From: Vicugna vicugna
Lineage: Eukaryota
Direction: 5' to 3'
Length of the DNA stretch: 60,000 bases
Assembly: GCA_013265495.1 (NCBI GenBank)
Contig: MU058233.1
Coordinates: forward strand, 285,038 to 345,037
Under the pieces are notes generated by a model. That model made no database searches. It had not been told where the DNA came from and saw only the letters and a list, made by a program, of their open reading frames with translations. Below, one piece after another: positions 10,961 through 20,210 of this stretch; positions within the stretch are counted from its first letter, which is position 1; each line of letters starts with the position of its first letter. The translations under genes and the position numbers were made by a program.

Positions 10961-11126
10961 GCCGGCCGGCCGCGCGCCCCTCCCGCCCCGCGCGCCGCGA
11001 TGACGGCGCCGGCGCCGGCGCCGGCCGTGACGTCAGCAGCGCGCCCGCCACGACGTCAGTGGCGCGCCGGCGGCGGGCGGCGGGCGGCGAGCGGCGGTGT
11101 TGAGCTCTCCCGCGTGGGGCGGCGGC

Positions 11127-11243
11127 ATGGAGCGGGAGCCCGGCCCCGGCGGCGCGCGCCGGGCGCTGGGCCGCCTGGTGGAGGCGGTGCTGGCGAGCCG
11201 CGGCGAGGCCAACGCCGTGTTCGACATCCTGGCCGTGCTGCAG
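11127..11243 (+). CDS. NOC4L: NOC4L exon 1
   Basis: MEREPG...EANAVFDILAVLQ. Confidence 0.94.
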
Positions 11244-14200
11244 GTGGGGCACGTGGGGTGGCGGGGTCCGCGGCCGGGTCCTGGAGTTGGAGGCCAGAGT
11301 GGGAACTCTTCGGGCTCGGACGACGCGGGGCTTGGCCTCGGATGAGGGCAGATCATTGCATAGCGGGGTTCGCGACTCTGCTGGGGATATTCTCCCGCCT
11401 CGCAGGGCCCCCGGTCTGAGGGCCTGCTGAGAGGTTTGGCAGAGGCGGGGCGGGAGGGGCATGCCCAGATCAAGGGTGGGGTGCGATGGGGCTGGAGTCC
11501 TGGCCGGGAAAGGGGCAGAGGGCGCAGTTCCCGACGGGACACCAAGACCCGCCTCTCCCCCAGTCTGAGGACCAGGAGGAGGTTCAGGAAGCCGTGCGTG
11601 CATGCAGCCGACTCTTTGGGGCCCTGCTGGCCCGCGGAGAGCTGTTTGTGGGCCAGCTGCCCTCTGAGGAGATGGTCATGGCAGGTGAGCGTCCAGGAGG
11701 GTCTAGTCTCCGGGAGGGTTGGACAGAGACCTTGCTAATATGGGATGAGCCCCTCCAAAACTCCATCATAGGGCCTGTAGGTTGGTAGGATCTAAGACTT
11801 GGTATGGGGGGAGGGGTAGACCTCGAATACAGACCTTGAAGCCAGATTTAAGTAAAAGTTGAGTGTGGTGTGACTTTATTTTGTTTTCAGCACTCATGGA
11901 ATTTGATGTTGTGTTAATTCCACAAAGAATCAGGGTTATGTGTCACAGTCCTTGGCATGTCTGAGTGTTGGGGTAAAGAGAGAGGACCCTCTAGGCAAAG
12001 TAGGGCCCTCTCCCCCTGCGGGGATTGCGGGGGTGTTGGTCCTGCCCCAGGTCTGGTGACAGGTTTCCACTTGTTCCCTGGTTGGGTGGAGTAGAACGCA
12101 GTGGGAGGGTGAGGCTGACCACCCTGCCCCACCTGCAGGGTCCCAGGGGGCCACTCGCAAGTACAAGGTGTGGATGCGGCATCGATACCACAGCTGCTGC
12201 AACAGCCTGGGGGAGCTCTTGGCCCACTCCTCCTTTCAGGTCAAGGTGAGTCTGGGTTGCTGGCCTTGCCTCATCCCTGGACCCCCCCCACCAACCCCCA
12301 GCTCCCTGCTCATCAAAGGTCTGGGGCCGTGGCTGCAAGTACTTGTCTAGATAAGGATGCTCTCTCTTTCTTTGGCTAGTTTTCTGGGGTGTGGGTTCCT
12401 TCTGTCTCCTGACTCATAGGAATGTGATTTGGTGGATATTCTGAATGCCAGGGGGACTCTGGGCCTGTCTGCGGAGGGTGTTGGGGTGGGAACAACTCGA
12501 TCCCTTTGTCACCTGTCCTTCTAGGAGCTGGCTCTCAGCACGCTTATGAAGTTTGTGCAGCTGGAGGGCGAGCATCCCCTGGAGAAGCCCAAGTGGGAGG
12601 GCAACTATCTGTTCCCCCGCCAACTCTTTAAGGTGAGGGCCAGGGCTACCCATTCTGGGTGGGTTGTGGGGCTCAGGGGAGCTCTAGTAGCCCATCCAGA
12701 CTCTACTCTGTGAGCTCCGTCCCTGGGCTGTCTGTCCTGGGAGCAGGAGAAGTGCTCACCGCACTGCCCCCCACACCCAGTTGGTGGTGGAAGGCCTGCT
12801 CTCTTCGGAAGAGGACCGCTCCCTGCTCCTCTCCCAGTTCCTAGAGTATCTGGAACATGATGACATTCGCTACCACACGATGCAGGCAGCCTCAGACACC
12901 GTGGCCCGGGTCACTGACGGGCGACCTGAGGTGAGCTGGCCAGTCCTGTATCTGGAGGAGGGGTGGGCAGTGGGCACATGGCGTCCAGGTGCTCAGGCCA
13001 GACCTTTGGCAGGTGCCCCTTATCTTCTGGAACAATGCCTTCACGCTGCTGTCCTCCGTGAGCCTGCCCCGCCAGGAGGGCGACCTCTCCAGCTTCTATG
13101 TGAAGCACGTGGGTGAGCATCCTGGGTGGGAGGGCAGGCAGGCAGGTGGGCGGGCAGGGCGAGCCTTGCAGCGCTTGGTGACGCCTTGCCTTCCTTGCAG
13201 AACTGTCAGACAAGTGGAAGGTCGTTCATCTGAAGGTGAGACGCCCTGGGTAGGTGGGTGGCCTCCCTGGGAGCCACCCAGTCTTGGGCTAGCACCTCCT
13301 TCTTGGCCTTGTCAGCCACCGGGGTCGCAGGGGGACCCGAGCACGAGGGGAGGCCCGCAGGCACACTTCCCAGAGGTCAGGGGTGGCCTGTCTAGTCCTC
13401 TCAGGTGCGAGGTGTCCTTGTCCAGGGCGGCTGTGAGCACAGGGCCCGTGGCCATGAGGGAAGCTTGTCCTCGCTGGGGTCCTTGGGTTCTGGCTCCTAC
13501 TTACGTGAGGCAGGAGGCGGGTTGGTGGGTCAGGAACCGGGGTGGTGGGGGCTGCGCAGGAACCAGCGGCCGGGAGCGGGTAGGGGAGCGGCTTGTGCAG
13601 CCTTGCCCCTCCCCCTCCCCGCAGGAGCACCAGAAAGCCTTCCAGCTGATGTGGCTCGGCTTCCTCAAGCACCAGGTAAGGGGGTGGGGTCGGGCCTCGG
13701 GCCTGGGCTCCGTCCCCGTGGCTCTTGGAGGCGGGCGGCTGCATCTGACTGGCTGTTTCCTGCAGCTGCCTCTGCGCATCTGCAAGAAGGTGCTGGTCAT
13801 CATGCACGACGCCATCCTGCCGCACCTGGCGCAGCCCAGCCTCATGATTGACTTCCTCACCCGCGCCTACGACATTGGTGAGCAGGGTGCGCCCGGAGGG
13901 CTGCTGGCCGTGGCCGGGGGTGCTCTGTGCTCCTGGAGCCATGCAGCCGGGGGCCCGACCAGTCAGCAACGTGTGTGCTGGAGGTTTCTTCCCACCTCTG
14001 CCCGGCGGGTGGCCTCCAGCTCTGCCAGAGTCGTCCCGGGTCGGGGTGCAGGTCGGGGCTCCACAGCCGTGTGTCTGTCTGCAGGGGGAGCCATCAGCCT
14101 CTTGGCCTTGAATGGACTTTTCATCCTGATTCATAAGCACAACCTGTGAGTGTCGGCTTGGGGGTCCTGTGGGCCTTTCAGCTCTGTCCGGTCAGCCCTG

Positions 14201-15426
14201 CCCCGTCCTCCCCTTGTCTTTGCTCCACACGTGCCCTGTCACTTACCTGCACGCTCCCAGGGAGTACCCTGACTTCTACCGGAAGCTCTACGGCCTCCTG
14301 GACCCGTCTGTCTTCCACGTCAAGTACCGGGCCCGCTTCTTCCACCTGGCCGACCTCTTCCTGTCGTCCTCGTGAGTAGGGGGTCTTGGGGGAGGGGACA
14401 CCCAGCCGCCTGTGCCCCGCCCATCCTGTGGAGGAAGGGACACTGGGGGCTGGTATGGGGGGGCAGCGGGGTCTCATGCCCACCACCGCACCCAGCCATC
14501 TCCCTGCCTACCTGGTGGCTGCCTTCGCCAAGCGCCTGGCCCGGCTGGCCCTGACGGCACCTCCCGAGGCCCTGCTCATGGTCCTGCCCTTCATTTGCAA
14601 CCTGCTGCGCCGGCACCCAGCCTGCCGTGTCCTCATGCACCGCCCAAGGGGCCCTGGTGAGTGCAGCCGGGGACCCTGTGGAAGCCTGGCCTGAGAGGCC
14701 AGCACACGGGGCAGATGGCAGACCAGAGTCTGGGTCTTGTTCCTAGCGCTGGACGCCGACCCCTATGACCCCTCAGAGGAGGACCCAGCCCAGAGTAGAG
14801 CCCTGGAGAGCTCCCTGTGGGAGCTGCAGGTGAGGGCCCTTGCCTGCCCGAGTCACGCCCTGGACTCCCTGGAGCCACCCCAGCTGGGTGCTGCCCCCCA
14901 CCACCCAGCTCCTCCTCTGGCCCCTGCTTGCAGCTCCACCGGGTCCCTGGAGATCCCAGCTCGCCTGGTCACTTCAGCTTCCTAGGGGAGCCTTAGCCTC
15001 TGTCCCCCCAGGGCTCTGAGGTCGTGGGATGTTCCCACTGCTCAGTGCTTCCTGTGCCACTCGCTTTGCCCAAGGAGGGGGTGGTGACACCCCACATGCC
15101 TTTGCAGGCCCTCCAGCGGCATTACCACCCTGAGGTGTCCAAGGCCGCCAGCATCATCAACCAGGCGCTGTCTGTGCCTGAGGTCAGCATTGCGCCGCTC
15201 CTGGAACTCACCGCCTTTGAGGTGAGGGATGGCGGCAGGGCCGCGGGGCAGGGGCACCGGGACTGTGCTGTGTGGAGGGTCTGACTGTGTGTCCATCCGT
15301 TCCTTGCAGATCTTTGAGCAGGACCTGAAGAAGGGGCCCGAATCGGTGCCCCTGGAGTTCATCCCAGCCCAGGGCCTACTGGGCCAGCAGGACGACCTCT
15401 GTGCCCAGCACTTCACACTGAGCTGA
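11127..15426 (+). CDS. NOC4L: Nucleolar complex protein 4 homolog (NOC4L), complete, 15 exons, 515 aa
   Basis: Exons 11127-11243, 11564-11684, 12139-12245, 12525-12632, 12781-12930, 13013-13112, 13201-13235, 13625-13675, 13766-13877, 14085-14145, 14261-14371, 14496-14656, 14747-14829, 15108-15221, 15310-15426 total 1548 nt. All GT-AG. CBF/Mak21 domain motifs (YPDFYRKLYGLLD, HLPAYLVAAFAKRLARL, DPYD, ALESSLWEL, HYHPEV). Confidence 0.97.
11564..11684 (+). CDS. NOC4L: NOC4L exon 2
   Basis: SEDQEEVQEAVRACSRLFGALL... Confidence 0.94.
12139..12245 (+). CDS. NOC4L: NOC4L exon 3
   Basis: GSQGATRKYKVWMRHRYHSCC...FQVK. Confidence 0.94.
12525..12632 (+). CDS. NOC4L: NOC4L exon 4
   Basis: ELALSTLMKFVQLEG...YLFPRQLFK. 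Confidence 0.94.
12781..12930 (+). CDS. NOC4L: NOC4L exon 5
   Basis: LVVEGLLS...EYLEHDDIRYHTMQ... Confidence 0.94.
13013..13112 (+). CDS. NOC4L: NOC4L exon 6
   Basis: VPLIFWNNAFTLLSSVSLP... Confidence 0.9.
13201..13235 (+). CDS. NOC4L: NOC4L exon 7
   Basis: ELSDKWKVVHLK, 35 nt, restores phase 0. Confidence 0.9.
13625..13675 (+). CDS. NOC4L: NOC4L exon 8
   Basis: EHQKAFQLMWLGFLKHQ. Confidence 0.93.
13766..13877 (+). CDS. NOC4L: NOC4L exon 9
   Basis: LPLRICKKVLVIMHDAILPHL... Confidence 0.94.
14085..14145 (+). CDS. NOC4L: NOC4L exon 10
   Basis: GAISLLALNGLFILIHKHNL. Confidence 0.94.
14261..14371 (+). CDS. NOC4L: NOC4L exon 11
   Basis: EYPDFYRKLYGLLDPSVFHVKYRARFFHLADLFLSSS. Confidence 0.95.
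14496..14656 (+). CDS. NOC4L: NOC4L exon 12
   Basis: HLPAYLVAAFAKRLARLALTAPP... Confidence 0.95.
14747..14829 (+). CDS. NOC4L: NOC4L exon 13
   Basis: LDADPYDPSEEDPAQSRALESSLWELQ. Confidence 0.94.
15108..15221 (+). CDS. NOC4L: NOC4L exon 14
   Basis: ALQRHYHPEVSKAASIINQAL...LELTAFE. Confidence 0.94.
15310..15426 (+). CDS. NOC4L: NOC4L exon 15 (stop)
   Basis: IFEQDLKK...AQHFTLS, TGA at 15424-15426. Confidence 0.94.
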   Translation: MFEQDLKKGPESVPLEFIPAQGLLGQQDDLCAQHFTLS

Positions 15427-16182
15427 CCCTGCGCACCCCACTTCCCCTCAGATAGATGATTTTGTTAGCTACCTGAGTGGGCTGGTGGGGGGGTGTCTAG
15501 GGAGGCACAGATCCTTTGCCTGTGCCATGGGGCTGGGGTCAGCAGTGCCGGCCACAGTCAGAAGGCGCCCTCACTTCCGCCTGCAGCCCCCACACCCACG
15601 TGCTCCTGGCCTCCCTGGAAAGCCCTGTCGAGGTGCCCCTCCCTTATCTGCAGCCTGGTGGGGAGGGTCAAGGTGGGGGCTCACGTGGGGCCCCTGCCCC
15701 AGAAGCTCCAGCTGTAAGTGTGCCAGGTGATGGCTTCTGTCAGCCCCCAGAGAGTCCTCCGTCTCCAGGCCCTCTGCATCCCGGTGCCTCCCAAGGTGGG
15801 ATGGGCACACCCCCGCTGGGGCTGCAGTTAGATTGTGACCTGGGAGTGGCAGGAGGGGCTCTCTGCCCTGGTCAGTCTGGGTGGGCAGCACAGGGAGGGG
15901 GCAGAAGCCACCTGTCCCCGGGCAAGCCCCACGGAGGACACCTTTGTGCATGGAACCACCCGTGCTCCGGGCGCACAGACAGGCGCTGAGCCCCGTGACT
16001 CTGGCACTGAGTGTCTGTGCCCTGTGGGGAGGAGTTGCAGGCAGGGGTGGTTCATGCTTTTCCTCCCAAGTGGAGGGAGCGCCAGTGGCCTGCTGGTGTT
16101 TGTGGGGAGGTGGTTTTGTCAAGGCTCCAGTCCCAGGTGCACCTGGTTCTCCATCTATGGCAGCAACTCTGTTTCCTTTGAA

Positions 16183-16188
16183 AATAAA
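16183..16188 (+). terminator. Candidate NOC4L poly(A) signal AATAAA
   Basis: First canonical AATAAA I found after the stop, with GT-rich sequence downstream. Confidence 0.5.
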
Positions 16189-19100
16189 AAGCCATTTCTT
16201 CAAGGGCAGAGGCGTCACAACTGGTGCTGGCTTACGTGGGTGTGGTGGGGAGGGACCGAGGTGCTGGGGGAGAGACCCTCGCTGCCTCCCTGCCGCCTCC
16301 TGTCTGTGCCGTGTGCTTGTATGCCCCCTCCCGCCTGCATCCCCGCCCCAGAGGAGCAGATGTGAGCTCACAGTGGGCTCCCTTGGAGTCAGCAGGGAAG
16401 GGTTCAGCCAGTCAGCTGGCCCAGGGTTCTTGTGCGCCCAGGGGGGGCTTTGGGGCCAGGGAGTTGGGGAGCTGAGTGTGTGCAAGGCTGTCTCTCCACA
16501 CAGCTGTGTGATTTGGGGACGCTAGTGCCCCCCACCCCAGCTGCTCTGCTTTGCTCCATCTTGCTAAGCTGGTTCGTGCCCCAGGGCCTTTGTGTTGCCA
16601 AATCCTCTTCCTCCACATCTTTTCTTTAGACCCCAGCCTAAGTGACCTTGGGGAGGCCTCCCCTGGGTGTCCCATTTGTAGCAGACACCACATGGCGCCA
16701 CTGCCCTTTGCTTGTTCTGCTCCAAAGGGAGCCACCTTACCAACCTGGTCCTTGGGGCACAGGGCTTGCCTGGGGCTGGGGGCTGGGGCCCTGGTTCATG
16801 TTCACGTGCATTTATGGTGGATGGCCTGGGGGTCCCGGGCAGCCTGGCACCAGGAGTGTCACTGTGGCCCTGCGTAAGCCTTGTACGGGGACCCCAGGGG
16901 GCAGTGCTGGATGGGCCTGAGGCCTCACACTTTTCTTAATGCCATTACATTAAAAAAAAAAAAGTCATAAGTTACAGAACACTGAAACAAGTTTTCTTGA
17001 TTTTTGTCTGAATCTGGGGTCCTGCGGTTTCCACACTTCCTTACTGAGGCGGGTGGGGACCCTCACTCCACAGCCGCTCCGGTTCCCCAGCAGCGGCGCT
17101 TTGCCGTGTTTGACTTGGCCAGGTCGTGTGGTTCCTGTCCTCTGCCCTGGTTGTCCTCAGGGCAGAGGGGTGAGTGCCCCTTCCAGGGTCCGTGAGGTTG
17201 GCTGAGTGGCTGTGGTGGGGGAGGAGGTGAGAGCAGAAGGGGTTGGGGGGCTGTCAGGAGCAGACGGGGAAGCCGCAGCATCCCCTGGGGGCCTCTCACT
17301 GCCGGTCCTCGAGGCCGAGGCAGCCTCTGCGCGTGTGGCTGACTTCCGGGCTCCTGGTCCCGGGAGGCTCGATCCCAGACTTCCAAGGGGTCTGGAATCA
17401 CCCAGGATCTGAGCAAAAGTGCAGCTTCTGGTGCAGCTGGCCTGGGACTCTGCGTTCCTGAAGGCTCCCAGGCCAGGTGGTCACAGCAACGGGAAGGCCT
17501 ATGCTCTGTCCCCCCTGGAAGCTGTGAGGACATTACTGCCTGGCTCGGTGTCTGTGCTGAAGTGCAACCCCCACATCCTCTGCTTCACTGTCACAGCCTC
17601 CCGGCCCAGAGCAAGGCAGCCCCGCCGTGGGTGCGGCTCCCGCAGACGGCCTGGCCTGGCGGCGCCCTCCATCCCTCCGCTTGGAGTGACGGTGATGTCG
17701 TGCTGCTGCCGATCTCTGGGGGGGCCTCCCCTCCCTGCTCCCATCACCGCGGCCGCTTGGGTAGCAAACGCTGCTTCTCTTCCTGCCTGACCCTGACACA
17801 TTCACCTCCGTTCTGACTCCACCCAACCCAGGGGCAAGGGGGACCCTAAGCCGCAGAGACCCCACTTTTGCCACGTCCAGACAGGAGCTTGAGATAGAAT
17901 TCACATCCCCCCTCAGAAACTCAGGAACGCGACCTTTCCTGCATGTCCTGTGGTCCTGCCTCTGTTCAGTTACCAAGACCCCATGAACCAGGGATACGCG
18001 GGACCCCTTGCATCCCAGAGCAGCCCCCCACTGACTGCCCCTCTGCACGATGCTGGGGCTCCAGTGCCTTAGGAGCCAGAGTTTCAGGAAAGGTTCAGCC
18101 ACCTTGGAGGCCAGCATTCACAAGTGCCCGCCGTGTGCCCAGACACCGGCTGCTGGTCCTCCCCGCGCACGCAGGGCGGCCCTCCCTGTCTCTGTCTCTC
18201 CCCTGCCTTGTCTCCCTCCGGGGGCTGAATGCAATTAAGTCATAGTTACACGGGTAATGAAGAAAGTCTGACGAGATGAGGAGCAGACACCCCCGCAATA
18301 ATGAAGCACTTAATTGGCATTTAGCAAATCAGCTGCAGAATACTGGATGTCAGAGGAGTGTTTCCTGAAATGTCATTTGGGGTGTCGAGCTTGGGTGCAC
18401 CCCCTCATCGGTGCTCTCCCGCGGGGCTGGGGGCCCACAGCTTGCCCCCTCCTACCCTCCCCTACCCGAGGCACACATTCCGCCATCCCTGTGGTTCAGC
18501 CACCCCTGTGTGGGATTGTCCGTTAACTGAAGGGGCCGCGCCTCCCTGATCTCAGCAGCTGGGGGTGAGGTCTCGGCCTCAGTGACCCCCGGCTCGGGCT
18601 CCACTCCGTGCTTGGGAAAGTCAAATGACCCCTCCAGGCCTCAGGGGTTTCACCCACAAAGTGGGCAGTTCCAGGTGCTGCAGCTGCCTGGAAAATTACT
18701 CCACAACTTAATGGCCTGAAACTACACAGCACCGATTTCACTCACGGATCTGCAGCTTGGCTGGGGCTTTGAGGGGACAGCTGGTCTCTCTCCACAGGGC
18801 GGGTCTGGGGCAGTTGGAATGTCGGGGCTGAACTCACCTGGAGCCTGGTGCCGGCTGGCCGCTGAGGTTGGGCAGGCGCTGGACCGCCCTGGGCTCAGCG
18901 TGAGATGGAGCTGGTGAGGAGGGACTGTCGGAGGTTGAAGGAGGCCTGGACCACCGGCATCATTTGAGGCTTAAAGATACATCAAGACAGATGTGCCAAA
19001 ATAGGGTGGAATGTTTTTTCACTACACAGTTCGTTCCCGCTCATTAGAAATTCAGGTATGACAGAAGCTGTCATCGGTGGAAGGGAAAGCTCTGCAGGGA

Positions 19101-19989
19101 AACCCGAGAGACTCTGAAATGATGGAGAAGATTCCCAGGAGACTTCGCGAGGTGGGGCCAGCGGCAAGGCTTCTCCAAAGGCCTGAGGGTGGCTGTGTGG
19201 CTGTGTGGCTGGAGGCAAGCGCTCGCCTCTGCTGTGGGAAGCCGCTGGGACGCAACAGATTCTTGGTAAGTGGATTAAATATTAGACGTGTGACCGGTGT
19301 TCCTCCCAGGAGAACGTGTCAGTGTCTGGCCTCTGAGGGCAGGTGTGGGCTGTGACACCGTCCATGTCCCTCAGTCCTGCGCGCTTGTCCTGCCCAGAAG
19401 CTGCCCTTGAACCAATCACAAGAAGGGCCCCAACCCCACTCTAGACAGAGAAGCGTGTCTGGTGGTCTCTTTCTCCAGAAAAACCTCAAGAAGCCGCTGC
19501 AGTTTGAGGCCTGTCACCATGTGTCCTGGGCCCCTGGTCTCAGTGGCTTGTGGTCTGAGTCCCTCTTTGGGGTGTGACGACTTGGCTTCTTTGTCCCAAA
19601 GCCGACAGGGGGCCCTCACCACCGACCTCCTTCCTGGGCTCAGGCAGCCTCGGGGCCTGTCGTTCAACACTGCCCTGCAGGACCTCCTTCTGGACTGGCT
19701 GGGGTCCTTGGATGGCAACGGAGAGCCACCTGGAGCCAGCTTCCAGCCCCAGCAGGCTGAGGCCACATCGCTGGGAAGACGGCGGCCCCCTGAGGCTCTT
19801 GGAGGGGACTAAAGGCTTGAAGTAACAGAAATGTGTACCTTGAGTCTGTAGGGCACAAGGCCCACGGGCGTCTTGCCGAGTGAAATCAGGGCGTGGGCCG
19901 CCTGGAGCCTCTGGGGCCATGGGGGGAGTTGCTCTTGGCCTCTCCCAGCTTCGAGAGGCGCCCACATACCTGGGCTCCTGACTCGTCCT

Positions 19990-20210
19990 CCATCTCAGTA
20001 CTCATAACTCTGATCTCTGCTTCCATTGCCCCGTCTGCTTCTGACTCAGCCTCCTCTTGTGAGGGTCCTTGTGATGACCTCGGGCCCAACGGACACCCAG
20101 GACAGGCTCACATCTCAGACCCTCACCTTGCCCTGCGATGTGGTATGTGCACAGGCTCCTGGGGGTAGGACAGGGCATGTGGTGGGGGAGGCGGTTGGCT
20201 CCAGGGGATG
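19990..20210 (-). mobile_element. MLT1-type (MaLR) LTR fragment
   Basis: ctgcttcc...ttctgactc...cctcttgtgagggtccttgtgatgacctcgggccc...catctcagaccctcacctt resembles antisense MLT1. Confidence 0.55.

Larger units (their letters stand above)
10400..11420. promoter_or_regulatory. CpG island with bidirectional DDX51/NOC4L promoter (166 bp between the ATGs) and CRE sites
   Basis: Very high CpG density; TGACGTCA at 11028-11035, CGACGTCA at 11051-11058, GC boxes; divergent ATGs at 10960 and 11127. Confidence 0.92.

Noticed and set aside
10287..11603. Long overlapping ORFs on both strands of the CpG island
   Set aside because: Stop-codon depletion at extreme GC; shadows of DDX51 and NOC4L exon 1.
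12989..14149. 386-aa ORF
   Set aside because: It reads through NOC4L exons 6-10 and GC-rich introns; only the exon parts are protein-like.
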